In this document: positions 32,992-44,049 of the stretch, in pieces
Position numbering within the stretch: the stretch's first letter is position 1
Layout: each line of letters starts with the position of its first letter
NCBI GenBank assembly: GCA_947626975.1
Contig: CANQUF010000004.1
Coordinates: forward strand, 9,907-73,906
Direction of reading: 5' to 3'
From: an uncultured Clostridia bacterium
GTDB taxonomy: Bacteria; Bacillota; Clostridia; TANB77; CAG-465
Length of the DNA: 64,000 nt
Translations under genes and position numbers: made by a program
Notes under the pieces: model-generated
What the model was told of the DNA's origin: nothing
The model's database searches: none
What the model saw: only the letters and a program-made list of their open reading frames with translations

Positions 32992-34056
32992 ATGAAAAGT
33001 GAAAAAATAAGTTCTAAGGATTTATTTAATGCAATTGATCAAATTTATGAAGAAAAAGGTATTACAAGAGAATATTTAATAGAATCTTTAAAACTTGCTT
33101 TAGAGACTGCATATAAAAAGAATTATGATACTAATGAAGAAATAGTAGTAGATATAAATGAACAGAATATTAAAGTATATGCAGTAAAAAAAGTTGTGGA
33201 GAATGTTGAAAATAAAAATATAGAAATTAGTTTAGATGATGCAAAACAAATAAGTAAAAGAGCAAAAATTGGAGATACTATAAATATTGAAGTAACACCA
33301 AAAAATTTTGGAAGAATTGCTGCTGTTGCTGGAAAACAAATCATTGTTCAACGTTTAAGAGAGGCAGAGCGTAATTTAGTATATACACAATACAGTGATA
33401 AAGAAGGGCAAATAGTAATAGGTGTAGTACAAAAAAATGATAAATTTGGAACAATAGTAGATTTAGGTAGAGTAGAAGCATTAATTCCAATTAAAGAACA
33501 AGTAAAGACTGAGGATTTAAAAGCACATCAAAAAATAAAAGCATATGTAGTAAGTGTAACAGAATCTGGAAAGTTTGGACCACAAATAATATTATCAAGA
33601 AAAGAACCAAATTTTGTAAAAAAATTATTTGAAATAGAAGTACCTGAAATATCAGATGGAATTGTCGAAATTAAATCTATTGCAAGGGAAGCTGGAAGTA
33701 GAACTAAAATTGCAGTATGGTCAAATGATGAAAATGTTGATCCAGTAGGTAGTTTAGTTGGAAAAAAAGGAATAAGAATTCAACCAATAATTGATGAACT
33801 TGGTGGTGAAAGAATAGATGTAATACCATATAGCGACGATATACCAAGTTATATAATAAATGCTTTATCACCAGCACCAATACTTGCCATAGATATAAAT
33901 GATGAAGAAAAAATGGCAACTGTTGTTGTACCAGATGAAGCTTTGTCTTATGCAATAGGTGCAGGTGGTCAAAATGTTAGGCTTGCAGCTGTACTTACTG
34001 GATGGAAAATAGATATTAAAACACAGTCTCAAATAAGTGAAGTAGTTGTAGAGTAG
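32992..34056 (+). CDS. nusA: transcription termination/antitermination factor NusA
   Basis: N-terminal domain, S1 and two KH regions (GRIAAVAGKQIIVQRLREAER..., GKKGIRIQ, GAGGQNVRLA). Confidence 0.95.
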   Translation: MKSEKISSKDLFNAIDQIYEEKGITREYLIESLKLALETAYKKNYDTNEEIVVDINEQNIKVYAVKKVVENVENKNIEISLDDAKQISKRAKIGDTINIEVTPKNFGRIAAVAGKQIIVQRLREAERNLVYTQYSDKEGQIVIGVVQKNDKFGTIVDLGRVEALIPIKEQVKTEDLKAHQKIKAYVVSVTESGKFGPQIILSRKEPNFVKKLFEIEVPEISDGIVEIKSIAREAGSRTKIAVWSNDENVDPVGSLVGKKGIRIQPIIDELGGERIDVIPYSDDIPSYIINALSPAPILAIDINDEEKMATVVVPDEALSYAIGAGGQNVRLAAVLTGWKIDIKTQSQISEVVVE

Positions 34057-34070
34057 AAAGGTGATATGTT

Positions 34071-34334
34071 TTGGCTCCAATTAGAAGTTGTATAATATGT
34101 AAAAATAAGAATGATAAAAGTAAATTTATAAGAATAGTAGAAGACAATAATATTGCTATATATGACAAAAATCAAAATATAAATTCAAGAGGTATATATA
34201 TATGTAATAATAAAAAATGTATAAATAATTGTATTAAATTAATAAATAAAAATAAATTTAGTACAAGAATTAATATAAATAAAGAAAGTTTATTAGAATT
34301 ACTAAATGTAATAGAAAGTGAATTGGGGGAATAG
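34071..34334 (+). CDS. ylxR: YlxR/RnpM family RNA-binding protein (DUF448)
   Basis: [21 protein letters not shown] motif. TTG start with RBS aaaggtga. Conserved position between nusA and infB. Confidence 0.8.
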   Translation: MAPIRSCIICKNKNDKSKFIRIVEDNNIAIYDKNQNINSRGIYICNNKKCINNCIKLINKNKFSTRININKESLLELLNVIESELGE

Positions 34335-34336
34335 TC

Positions 34337-37174
34337 TTGGGAAAAATAAAAGTATATGAAATTGCAAAAGAACTTGGTATTACTAATATTCAAGTAATTG
34401 AGAAATTAAATAATATGGGCGTAGATGTAAAAACACATTTATCTACAATAACTGATGAAGTTGCAAACAAATTAAGAAATAATAATATAAATAAATCTTC
34501 TGCACCAAAAAATCAAATTCATATTATTCGTAGAAATGTAAAGGTAATAAATACAGATGGTGAAAAAAGTGAAGTAGATCAAATAACTACTAAAATATCA
34601 GGTGAAATAAAAAAATCTCATCATACTGTAAGTGAAGAAAAAAATAATTATAGTGTAGATAATTTAGGAATTGTAAAACCAAGGCAATCTTTTCAGACTA
34701 AAAAACCAAGATTTGCTTCAAGAAATACTAATGTCCTAATAACAAGAAACGGTAAGCCTATTGAAAAAGAAAATCCAAAAGTAAATAATAGTAACACTCA
34801 AACAAAAGAAAAATTACAAAATAATACAGATATAGAAAAAAATGTAGTATCTGATAATAATACTCAAAATACAAAAAAATATAATAATAATTTTAGTAAC
34901 TATAATACAAGAAATAATTCTTCTCAAAATAACAATTACAAGAATAAACCAAATTATAATAAAACTAGTAGAATTGATAATAGAAAAGACAATAGTTATA
35001 ATAGAAATAATAACTCAAATAATAATCAAAATATAAATTATAGACAAAATAACAAAAATCAAAATAATAATGGATATAGAAATAATGACAATACTTCATA
35101 TCAAGTAAATAAATTTATAAAACAAGTAAATAGTATGCCTACTGAACAAAAAGAATCAAGAGATTATACAAATAATAATATAGATAAGAAAAAATATAAT
35201 AATGATAGAATAGGAAACGATAATAAAAAGGATAAAATTGATAAGAATAAATTAAGAGAAGAAAATTCTAGAGTTTCAAAAAGTAGACTTAGAGGTCTTG
35301 ATTTAAGTTCAGATTCTACATTAATGGATTTGTATGAAAGAGATAGTGATTTCTCTAGAAAATCTAATTCTAAGAAGAAAAATTCTAAGAATAAAACTGA
35401 ACTAAAACAAACTAAAATTATTCCTATGACAGAAGTAAAGTTACCAGAGATAATGACAGTAAAAGATTTTGCTGAAAGCATAAAAAAACAAGCTTCTGAG
35501 GTAATAAAAAAATTATTTGCACTAGGAATTATGGCTACAGTAAATCAAGAAATAGACTTTGATACAGCATATCTAGTTGCAAACGAATTTGGAATAACTG
35601 CACAAAAAGAAGTTACTGTAACAGAAGAGGATATTTTGTTTGATGAATCAGAAGATGATGAAAAAGATTTAGTGCCAAGACCACCAATTGTTGTTGTAAT
35701 GGGTCATGTTGACCATGGAAAAACATCTTTACTTGATAGGTTAAGAAGTGCAAATGTTGTAAGTGGTGAAGCAGGTGGAATAACACAACATATTGGAGCA
35801 TATAAAGTTAAAATAAAAGATAGAGAAGTATGCTTTTTAGATACACCAGGACATGAAGCTTTTACTGCAATGCGTGCAAGAGGTGCTCAAATAACAGATA
35901 TTGCAATTATAGTAGTTGCAGCTGATGATGGAATAAAACCTCAAACAATAGAAGCAATAGATCATGCAAAAGCAGCAGGAGTAAGTATTGTTGTAGCTAT
36001 AAATAAGATTGATAAACCTACTGCTAATGTTGAAAAGGTAAAACAAGAATTATTAGAAGTAGGATTAGTACCAGAAGAATGGGGAGGAGATACAATATGT
36101 GTTCCAATTTCCGCATATACTGGTGAAGGAATTGAAAATTTACTTGAAATGTTACTTTTAGTAGCTGATATGAAAGATTTAAAAGCAAATCCTAATAAAC
36201 AAGCTAAAGGAACAGTAATTGAAGCAAGACTAGATAAAACTAAAGGAACAATAGTATCAATGTTAGTTCAAAGAGGTGAATTAAATGTTGGTGACACTAT
36301 AGTAGTAGGCGATATGGTAGCAAAAGTACGTGCAATGAAGGATGATAAAGGTAGAAGAGTAAAAGCTGCTGGTCCATCTACTCCAGTAGAAATTTTAGGA
36401 CTTTCACATGTTCCTGAAACAGGAGATGTTTTCTATGAGGTAACAGATGAAAAAACTGCAAAACAATTAATAGAAAAAAGAAAAGCAAAAGCACGTATTG
36501 ATTTAATTAGACAGGGTTCAAAAGTAACTCTTGATGATTTATTTGGTCAAATTAAACAAGGTAAAATTAAAGATTTAAATATAATAATAAAAGCAGATGT
36601 TCAAGGTTCAGTAGAAGCACTAAAAGATTCATTAGAAAAACTTTCTAATGATCAAGTAAGAGTAAGGGTTTTACATGCTTCAACTGGTGGTATTAAAGAA
36701 AGTGATGTAACGCTTGCTTCTGTTTCAAATGCAATTATTATAGGATTTAATGTAAGACCTGAATCAATGGCTGCAAAGCAAGCAGAAAAAGAAAAAGTGG
36801 ATATGAGATTATATAACGTAATATATGATGCTATAGGAGATGTAGAAATTGCACTAAAAGGTATGATACCAAAAAAATACAAAGAAGTAATGTTAGGTGT
36901 TGCTCAAATAAGGAAAATATTTAAGATTACTGGTGTTGGAATTGTAGCAGGTTGTTACGTTAAATCAGGCAAGATTATTAGAAATAAAATGGTAAGAATT
37001 GTAAGAGATTCTATTGTTGTACTTTCTGTAAGAATTGATAATTTAAAACGTGAAAAAGACGAAGTAAAAGAAGTTGCAGAAGGATTTGAATGTGGAATTA
37101 AGCTTGAAAAATTTAGTGATATAAAAGAAGGGGATATCTTAGAGTGCTATGAAATGGTAGAAGAAAATCAATAA
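34337..37174 (+). CDS. infB: translation initiation factor IF-2
   Basis: TTG start. N-terminal [14 protein letters not shown]; G-domain [24 protein letters not shown]. Long Asn-rich insert. Confidence 0.95.
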   Translation: MGKIKVYEIAKELGITNIQVIEKLNNMGVDVKTHLSTITDEVANKLRNNNINKSSAPKNQIHIIRRNVKVINTDGEKSEVDQITTKISGEIKKSHHTVSEEKNNYSVDNLGIVKPRQSFQTKKPRFASRNTNVLITRNGKPIEKENPKVNNSNTQTKEKLQNNTDIEKNVVSDNNTQNTKKYNNNFSNYNTRNNSSQNNNYKNKPNYNKTSRIDNRKDNSYNRNNNSNNNQNINYRQNNKNQNNNGYRNNDNTSYQVNKFIKQVNSMPTEQKESRDYTNNNIDKKKYNNDRIGNDNKKDKIDKNKLREENSRVSKSRLRGLDLSSDSTLMDLYERDSDFSRKSNSKKKNSKNKTELKQTKIIPMTEVKLPEIMTVKDFAESIKKQASEVIKKLFALGIMATVNQEIDFDTAYLVANEFGITAQKEVTVTEEDILFDESEDDEKDLVPRPPIVVVMGHVDHGKTSLLDRLRSANVVSGEAGGITQHIGAYKVKIKDREVCFLDTPGHEAFTAMRARGAQITDIAIIVVAADDGIKPQTIEAIDHAKAAGVSIVVAINKIDKPTANVEKVKQELLEVGLVPEEWGGDTICVPISAYTGEGIENLLEMLLLVADMKDLKANPNKQAKGTVIEARLDKTKGTIVSMLVQRGELNVGDTIVVGDMVAKVRAMKDDKGRRVKAAGPSTPVEILGLSHVPETGDVFYEVTDEKTAKQLIEKRKAKARIDLIRQGSKVTLDDLFGQIKQGKIKDLNIIIKADVQGSVEALKDSLEKLSNDQVRVRVLHASTGGIKESDVTLASVSNAIIIGFNVRPESMAAKQAEKEKVDMRLYNVIYDAIGDVEIALKGMIPKKYKEVMLGVAQIRKIFKITGVGIVAGCYVKSGKIIRNKMVRIVRDSIVVLSVRIDNLKREKDEVKEVAEGFECGIKLEKFSDIKEGDILECYEMVEENQ

Positions 37175-37206
37175 AAAAGTAATTTAAGTATACAAGGAGG
37201 AAAGAT

Positions 37207-37557
37207 ATGATAAGACATGAAAGATTAGAACAAGATGTAAAAGTTGCTTTAAGTAAGATAATATCATATGAAGTTAAAGATCCAGGAGTTGATGGCATGA
37301 TTTCAGTAACTGATGTAAAGATTACTCCTGATCAAAAGTATGCAAAAGTATATGTAAGTATCTTTGGTAAGAAAAATAAAGATAGCGTAATTAATTCATT
37401 AAAAAAGGCAAGTGGGTATATAAAAAAAGAGCTTGCTCAGAAAGTTAGTATGAGAAATATCCCTGAAATTATATTTGAAATAGATAATTCTATGGAATAT
37501 GGTGAACATATGGATAGAGTAATAAAAGATATAGTTAATAAAGATAAAAATAATTAA
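37207..37557 (+). CDS. rbfA: ribosome-binding factor A
   Basis: 116 aa with RLEQDVKVALSKIISYEVKDP; conserved position. Confidence 0.9.
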   Translation: MIRHERLEQDVKVALSKIISYEVKDPGVDGMISVTDVKITPDQKYAKVYVSIFGKKNKDSVINSLKKASGYIKKELAQKVSMRNIPEIIFEIDNSMEYGEHMDRVIKDIVNKDKNN

Positions 37558-37573
37558 TTTGAGGTGATTTTTA

Positions 37574-38524
37574 ATGTTTGAAGAAGGGAAAAAATTAATT
37601 GAAGAGGCTAAAACTATATATATAACTGCACATATAAATCCTGATGGAGATGCAATTGGATCAACATATGCTATGTATTTTGCATTAAAAAAACTTAATA
37701 AAGATGTACATGTAATTATGCCCGCTTATTCTGATATATTTGAATTTTTGCCAAGTATTTCAATATGTGAAAAAAGTATAGACTGTGATAAATATGATTT
37801 ATTAATTGGAATGGATTCAAGTGATTATTCTAGAATTGCTGTATCAAAAGAGGAATATGACAAAGCAAGAAAAGTATTAATGATAGATCATCATCAAAAA
37901 TCTAATCCATATGGTGATGTAAGATACATATATCCAGATATATCTTCTACAAGTGAACTTGTTTATGATATAATATCATACTTAAATATACCAATTGATA
38001 ATGTTATGGCTTCATATATGTATATGGGAATTATGACTGATACAGGTAGCTTTAATTATTCTAATACAAGTGCAAAAACTCATATGGTAGTTGCAGATTT
38101 AATAAATAAAGGTGCAGATTCAACGAATATATGTAAAATGTTAAATGACACTATTAAAGAAGCAAAGCTATTTTTACTTAAGAAAACAATAGAAAATATG
38201 GAAGTATATTTTGATTCAAAAGTAAGGTACAGTTATGTAGACTATGATACAATAAATTCTCTTGGCCTTGATGAAGAAGATGCAGAAGGAATGACTAATT
38301 ATTTAAGAATGGTAAAGGGAACTTGGGTTGCTATATATGTTCGTGGTAAAAAAGATGGCTCATTTAAAGTTAGTATGAGAAGTTCAGGACAAGTAGATTT
38401 ATCAAAAATTGCTATAATGTTTAATGGTGGTGGTCATCCAAGAGCAGCAGGCTATACAATAACTGGGGATCTTGAAGTTGCAAAGAATAAGTTATTAAAT
38501 GCTATTGAGGCGGTGATTAAGTGA
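37574..38524 (+). CDS. nrnA: DHH/DHHA1 phosphoesterase (NrnA-type oligoribonuclease/pAp phosphatase)
   Basis: Motifs HINPDGDAIGS, DHH and GGGHPRAAG. Confidence 0.8.
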   Translation: MFEEGKKLIEEAKTIYITAHINPDGDAIGSTYAMYFALKKLNKDVHVIMPAYSDIFEFLPSISICEKSIDCDKYDLLIGMDSSDYSRIAVSKEEYDKARKVLMIDHHQKSNPYGDVRYIYPDISSTSELVYDIISYLNIPIDNVMASYMYMGIMTDTGSFNYSNTSAKTHMVVADLINKGADSTNICKMLNDTIKEAKLFLLKKTIENMEVYFDSKVRYSYVDYDTINSLGLDEEDAEGMTNYLRMVKGTWVAIYVRGKKDGSFKVSMRSSGQVDLSKIAIMFNGGGHPRAAGYTITGDLEVAKNKLLNAIEAVIK

Positions 38525-39399
38525 AAAATGTTAGAGTGCTAAATGGATTTTTGAACATAGATAAGCCTCAAGGAATTACTTCTCATGATGTTGTAGATGT
38601 AATTAGAAAAATATTTCCAAACACCAAAATAGGACATACAGGTACTCTTGATCCTATAGCTACAGGATTATTACCTATTTGTATTGGAGATGCTACTAAA
38701 CTTACAAATAAAATTACATCAGAAAATAAAATTTATCATGTAAAGATGTTACTTGGAGTAGAGACTGATACATATGATATAACTGGTAAAATTGTATTTG
38801 CAAGTGTTATTAATAAAGATGAAATATATATACAAGAAAGAATAAAAAGATTTATTGGACCTCAGATGCAAACACCACCTATATATAGTGCAATTAGAAT
38901 AAATGGAAAAAGAGCTTATGAATATGCACGTAAAGGTGAAAATGTAGAATTAAAGCCAAGAAAGATAGAAATATTTTCAATAGAAAATATAAAAGTTGAT
39001 TTATCAAGAAAAGAGGTTTCTTTTGATATTGAATGTACAAAAGGAACATATATAAGAAGTTTAGTTCATGATATAGGTGTAAAAATTGGTTGTGGCGCTA
39101 CTATGATTGAATTAAGAAGGCTTAAAACTGGAAATTTTGATATTAATGATAGTATTAAACTATATGATTTTTTAAAATTAGAGTATGATGATATGCTAAA
39201 TAATATAATACCAATAGAAGAATATTATAAAGAATCTAAAAAAGTAAATTTAACGAAAGAAGAATATATAAAATTTGAAAATGGTGCATTATTAGATTTA
39301 GAGTCTCAAGAAAATATAGTAAGAATATATTTAGATTCTAAATATAAAGGTTTAGGAACAGTAGAGAATAATAAATTAAAACGATATATATTAAAATAA
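38521..39399 (+). CDS. truB: tRNA pseudouridine(55) synthase
   Basis: GHTGTLDPIATGLL catalytic motif. GTG start overlaps the nrnA stop. Confidence 0.9.
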   Translation: MKNVRVLNGFLNIDKPQGITSHDVVDVIRKIFPNTKIGHTGTLDPIATGLLPICIGDATKLTNKITSENKIYHVKMLLGVETDTYDITGKIVFASVINKDEIYIQERIKRFIGPQMQTPPIYSAIRINGKRAYEYARKGENVELKPRKIEIFSIENIKVDLSRKEVSFDIECTKGTYIRSLVHDIGVKIGCGATMIELRRLKTGNFDINDSIKLYDFLKLEYDDMLNNIIPIEEYYKESKKVNLTKEEYIKFENGALLDLESQENIVRIYLDSKYKGLGTVENNKLKRYILK

Positions 39400-39435
39400 T
39401 TATCTTTTGGTTATACCAAATGATAATTATTTTTC
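39396..39435 (+). terminator. intrinsic terminator after truB
   Basis: 16-bp stem (one mismatch) ataattatcttttggt/accaaatgataattat plus a T-run. Confidence 0.7.
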
Positions 39436-39607
39436 TTATATAAATTGATAATGTATTTATGTATAAAATTATAGATGAATACATATTATAAAATAATGAT
39501 GAAGAATAAAATTATGTAATTTTAATTTTTATAAATGCTTTATATTACTTATAATATATAAAATAAGTTTCAAAATTATGTAAAGTGATATATTTGTAAA
39601 AATAGTA

Positions 39608-39636
39608 TTGACAAGTAAAAAAAATGATAGTATAAT
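39608..39636 (+). promoter_or_regulatory. consensus sigma-A promoter of the GT2 gene
   Basis: TTGACA, 17 nt, TATAAT. Confidence 0.55.
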
Positions 39637-39674
39637 GTATTGTAGAATTTTATCAAAAAAGGTGGAAATAATAG

Positions 39675-40937
39675 ATGGAAGTTTTAAAAAAATCATTGGA
39701 AATAATATATTATTCTATAGATATTTTTATAATTTTATATTTTTTGTATTATGTATTAACTGGTTTTTTTGTATTTATGCGAAAAAGAGGAAAAATTAGA
39801 TATTATAAACCTACAAAGAAAATAGCTGTTTTAATTGCTGCTCGTAATGAAGCAGAGGTTATAGGTAATTTACTTATGAGCTTAAATAAACAAGACTATC
39901 CAAAAGAATTATATGATCTTTTTGTAATACCTAATAATTGTACTGATAATACAAAAGAAGTTGCACTTCAAAATGGAGCAAATATTATTGAATGCAATGT
40001 GCCTGTAAAATCAAAAGGTGATGTATTAAAATATACTTTTAAATATATGTTAAACAATTATCCAGAGTATGAAGCATATTGTATATTTGACGCAGATAAT
40101 ATAGTACATCCAAAATTTTTAAGAAGAATGAATGATGCATTATGTGCAGGATTTAGGGTAGCACAAGGAAATAGGGAAAGTAAAAATCCAGAAGACACAT
40201 GGATATCAAGTTGTTATTCATTATTTTATTTGGTTCAAAATTTTTTCTTTAATGAAGCAAGAATGAAAATGGGTTGGTCTTCTTCTATAAATGGGACTGG
40301 ATTTATGATATCAAAAGAAGTTATTGAAGAACATGGTTTTAACACTATTACAATGACTGAAGATATTGAATTTGCAGCTCAATGCTCACTTAATGAAGAA
40401 AGAATTGCCTTTGTTAAAGGAGCAGTTACATATGATGAACAACCATTATCATTTAAAGAATCTTGGAAACAAAGAAAACGTTGGTCTGTTGGAACAATGC
40501 AATGTATGAGTAATTATAGTTTTAAACTGATAAAAAAAGGTTTAAAGGATAGAAGATTACAATGCGTTGATATGGGGCTTTTCTTTTTAGCACCAATAAT
40601 TCAAATTGTTACTTTTGTTACAATAGCTATATTATTTTTATATAATATTTTAGGTATAAATGTTACAGACGTTGTAAAATTTGCATATGATAATAAGTTA
40701 TTATCATTAGCAGCTGGGTATGTGACTACAATTGTAATAGCACTTTTTGTAATTATACTTGAGAAAAAAGGATTTAAGAAAACTTTTAAAGGTGTATTTA
40801 CTCTTGCAATTTTTATGGTATCTTGGATACCAATTAACATTGTTTGCATGGTAAAAAAAGATTTTAAATGGGATCCAATAAAACATACAAGATCAGTTGA
40901 TATAGATAGTTTGATAAAAGAAAATAAAGACAAATAG
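39675..40937 (+). CDS. membrane-embedded family-2 glycosyltransferase (processive synthase type)
   Basis: N-terminal TM, FDADN, TEDIEF and QRKRWSVG (QxxRW) motifs, C-terminal TM bundle. Confidence 0.8.
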   Translation: MEVLKKSLEIIYYSIDIFIILYFLYYVLTGFFVFMRKRGKIRYYKPTKKIAVLIAARNEAEVIGNLLMSLNKQDYPKELYDLFVIPNNCTDNTKEVALQNGANIIECNVPVKSKGDVLKYTFKYMLNNYPEYEAYCIFDADNIVHPKFLRRMNDALCAGFRVAQGNRESKNPEDTWISSCYSLFYLVQNFFFNEARMKMGWSSSINGTGFMISKEVIEEHGFNTITMTEDIEFAAQCSLNEERIAFVKGAVTYDEQPLSFKESWKQRKRWSVGTMQCMSNYSFKLIKKGLKDRRLQCVDMGLFFLAPIIQIVTFVTIAILFLYNILGINVTDVVKFAYDNKLLSLAAGYVTTIVIALFVIILEKKGFKKTFKGVFTLAIFMVSWIPINIVCMVKKDFKWDPIKHTRSVDIDSLIKENKDK

Positions 40938-41121
40938 ATATTATATATATAAGGATATAAATCTTAAATATTAGGATTTATATCTTTTTTATATAAAAAA
41001 TATATAAAGTTTAATATAATGTATAATATTTAATTTAAGTTATTTATAAAATAAAGGTGTAAAAATTGAAAAATTAAAGATTTTTTGATATAATAGTTAT
41101 AGTTTTAGGAATGGTGATAAT

Positions 41122-41304
41122 ATGCTAAAAGATAAAATATTAGATTATTTAGTAATAATATTTGCAATATTTGCAATTATACTTGCTATATATTGCATGT
41201 TAACGTCAGCTGGTATTATTTTTAAAATTATTAGTTTTATAGTTTTACTTATAACTTTAGTATTAGAAATAATATCAAATATTTTAAATAAAAGGAATAA
41301 ATAG
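41122..41304 (+). CDS. small two-TM membrane protein
   Basis: 60 aa; RBS ggtga. Confidence 0.4.
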   Translation: MLKDKILDYLVIIFAIFAIILAIYCMLTSAGIIFKIISFIVLLITLVLEIISNILNKRNK

Positions 41305-41343
41305 TTATATGTAAAAATTTATAATTTTAAATATGTAGAATAT

Positions 41344-41376
41344 AAAAAACAACTCGTTGTTACGAGTTGTTTTTTA
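41344..41376. terminator. bidirectional terminator
   Basis: Perfect 9-bp stem acaactcgt/acgagttgt flanked by A5 and T6. Confidence 0.7.
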
Positions 41377-41668
41377 TATTAATAAATGCTATTATGGTAA
41401 AAATAAAAAATTCTATTCCAAAAACACATAAAAAGCTTATCAATTGTAAATTTAATATAAGTATAAAGGAGTCATCAAAAAATGAATACCCTAAACTTAA
41501 AGTTATTGTAAAAAAAACAAGTATAATTAATAAACTAATAATTATTGATAATTTTATAGAATTATGATTTTTTTCATACTTTTCTGTATTAGCTAGTTCA
41601 TTTAAGCTTAACAAGAGAATAAGTCCAAGAAAAGCTATAAATATTATAAAGCAAATTACAGGCAACAT
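41360..41668 (-). CDS. small three-TM membrane protein
   Basis: Strong RBS aaggagga; 102 aa. The antisense ORF 41367..41567 was rejected. Confidence 0.55.
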   Translation of the reverse strand: MLPVICFIIFIAFLGLILLLSLNELANTEKYEKNHNSIKLSIIISLLIILVFFTITLSLGYSFFDDSFILILNLQLISFLCVFGIEFFIFTIIAFINIKNNS

Positions 41669-42071
41669 AATAATCCTCCTTAAAATTTTTTGTATATATT
41701 AACCTGAAGCAACTAGTCAGGATTATTAAGAATAAAAAAATTTATATATTTCCCCTTTTTAGCTATTACCTATATAGTTTTATAGGTATAAATAATTTTT
41801 TACGATATAATTATACCATATTATAAGCATTATGTCAATGTTAAACTACATATGCTAATTAATGTAGAAATTTTACAAATATTAAAAATCAAAATAGTAA
41901 TAGTATAATTAAAATTTTATGATATATATTACTATTATTATTTAAAATATGTTTTACTGAAAATTTATATTATTAGAGAAAAATTTTTATATAACCTATA
42001 TAATTTTGACTTTTAAGTAAAAAGATGTTAAAATATACAATATAAATATAAAATAAATAAGGAGAATTTAT

Positions 42072-43403
42072 ATGGCACAGAAAACAGTAGCTATCGTTGG
42101 AAGACCTAATGTTGGTAAATCTACTTTTTTTAATGTATTAGCTGGAGAAAAATTGTCTATTGTTAAAGATACTCCAGGAGTTACTAGAGATAGAATATAT
42201 GCTGATTGCAAATGGCGTGGTTCTACATTTAGAATTGTTGATACTGGCGGTATTGAACCTGATTCAAATGATATTATATTAAAACAAATGAGAAGACAGG
42301 CAACTTTTGCAATGGATAATGCTGATGTAATTGTCTTTATAACTGATGTAAAAGTAGGTATTACACAGACTGATAATGAAATTGCATCTATGTTAAGGCG
42401 TACTAAAAAACCTGTTATACTTGTTTGTAATAAATGTGATAGAGTAGGCGATGTTCCACCAGAAGTATATGAATTTTATAATTTAGGACTTGGAGAACCA
42501 TATGCTATATCTGCTGGAAAAAAACTAGGAATTGGTGAAGTTTTAGATGCAATATATGATAAATTAAATATATTACAAAGTGAAGAAGTAGAAGAAGAAA
42601 GAATAAAAGTTGCAATTATAGGAAAACCTAATGCAGGAAAGTCTTCTATTATAAATAAAATATTAAATGAAGAAAGAGTTATAGTATCAGATATTGCTGG
42701 TACTACAAGGGATGCAATAGATACTTACTTTGAAAATGAACAAGGCAAGTACATATTTATTGATACTGCAGGTATTAGAAGAAAAAATAAAATATATGAA
42801 GAGATAGAAGAATATTCTGTATTAAAGGCAAAAAATGCTATAGATAGAGCTAATGTGTGTTTGATCGTAATAGATGCAATTGAGGGCGTAACAGAACAAG
42901 ATGAAAAAGTAGCGGGTCTAGCACATGAGGCTGGTAAAGGTATTATTATTGTAATAAATAAATGGGATTTAATAGAAAAGGAAACAAATACTTTAGAAAA
43001 ATATAAAAAACAAGTATATGATAAACTAGCATATTTAAAATATGCACCAATAATATTTGTATCTGCTCTTACAGGTCAAAGATTAAATAATATTTTTGAT
43101 CTTATAAATCAAGTCAATAAAGCAAATTCTTTAAGAGTACCTACAGGAATGCTAAATGATGTAATTGCTGAGGCAATAGCAATAAATCAACCACCTTCAG
43201 ATAAAGGTAGAAGGTTAAAGGTATTCTATATTACACAAGTAGCAATTAAGCCACCTACTTTCATAATATTTGTAAATTCAAAACCACTTATGCACTTTTC
43301 TTATGTAAGATTTTTAGAAAATCATATAAGAAGGCAATTTGAATTCAAAGGAACACCTATACGTATGATAATAAGAGAAAAAAATTCAAAAGATGTAGAT
43401 TAA
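42072..43403 (+). CDS. der: ribosome-associated GTPase Der/EngA
   Basis: Two G-domains (GRPNVGKST, GKPNAGKSS) plus a KH-like C-terminus. Confidence 0.95.
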   Translation: MAQKTVAIVGRPNVGKSTFFNVLAGEKLSIVKDTPGVTRDRIYADCKWRGSTFRIVDTGGIEPDSNDIILKQMRRQATFAMDNADVIVFITDVKVGITQTDNEIASMLRRTKKPVILVCNKCDRVGDVPPEVYEFYNLGLGEPYAISAGKKLGIGEVLDAIYDKLNILQSEEVEEERIKVAIIGKPNAGKSSIINKILNEERVIVSDIAGTTRDAIDTYFENEQGKYIFIDTAGIRRKNKIYEEIEEYSVLKAKNAIDRANVCLIVIDAIEGVTEQDEKVAGLAHEAGKGIIIVINKWDLIEKETNTLEKYKKQVYDKLAYLKYAPIIFVSALTGQRLNNIFDLINQVNKANSLRVPTGMLNDVIAEAIAINQPPSDKGRRLKVFYITQVAIKPPTFIIFVNSKPLMHFSYVRFLENHIRRQFEFKGTPIRMIIREKNSKDVD

Positions 43404-43425
43404 AACCTTGTAAGGAGATGATCAT

Positions 43426-44025
43426 ATGAAAATTTTTAGTATAATAGTTTTTTTTATATCATATTTAATATGTAGTATAAATCCAGCTATTGAGATATGT
43501 AAAAAGAAAACAGGTGAAGATATTAGAAAGCTAGGAAGTGGAAATGCTGGAAGTGCTAATGCAATTAGAGTACTTGGAAAGCCTTTAGGTAGTTTAGTAA
43601 TAATACTAGATATATTAAAAGTTATTATAACTTATTTTATTGTAATATTTATAGTCAAGATTTTTAAACAAGATTTTGGTAATATGGCAAGAGCTAGTTT
43701 TATATTAGGTTCTGTAATAGGTCAATGTTTTCCTATATATTATAAATTTAGAGGTGGTAAAGGTGTAATAGTTGGTATGACCGTAGGATTTATACTAGAT
43801 CCACGTTCAGCTATAATATGTATAATAACTGGTTTAATTGTAATATTAATTACTAGAACAGTAGCAATGGGAACTTTAATTGGGACTATAGTATATATAA
43901 TAATGTCAGTATTTAATTCTTTTACAAATATAATACCACTTGGTATAGCAACATTAATTATTATGTTTAAGCATAGGGCTAATATAAAAAGAATTTTAAC
44001 AAGACAAGAAGAAAAATTTTGGTAA
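43426..44025 (+). CDS. plsY: glycerol-3-phosphate acyltransferase PlsY
   Basis: GSGNAGSANA motif, about 5 TM; conserved position after der. Confidence 0.85.
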   Translation: MKIFSIIVFFISYLICSINPAIEICKKKTGEDIRKLGSGNAGSANAIRVLGKPLGSLVIILDILKVIITYFIVIFIVKIFKQDFGNMARASFILGSVIGQCFPIYYKFRGGKGVIVGMTVGFILDPRSAIICIITGLIVILITRTVAMGTLIGTIVYIIMSVFNSFTNIIPLGIATLIIMFKHRANIKRILTRQEEKFW

Positions 44026-44049
44026 AAGTAAAAAATGGGGGGAATTATA

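Noticed and set aside
39608-39799. 63-aa + strand ORF overlapping the start of the GT2 gene
   Set aside because: It begins inside the consensus promoter (TTGACA-17-TATAAT) and is out of frame with the well-supported GT2 ORF, which has its own RBS (aaaaggtgg).
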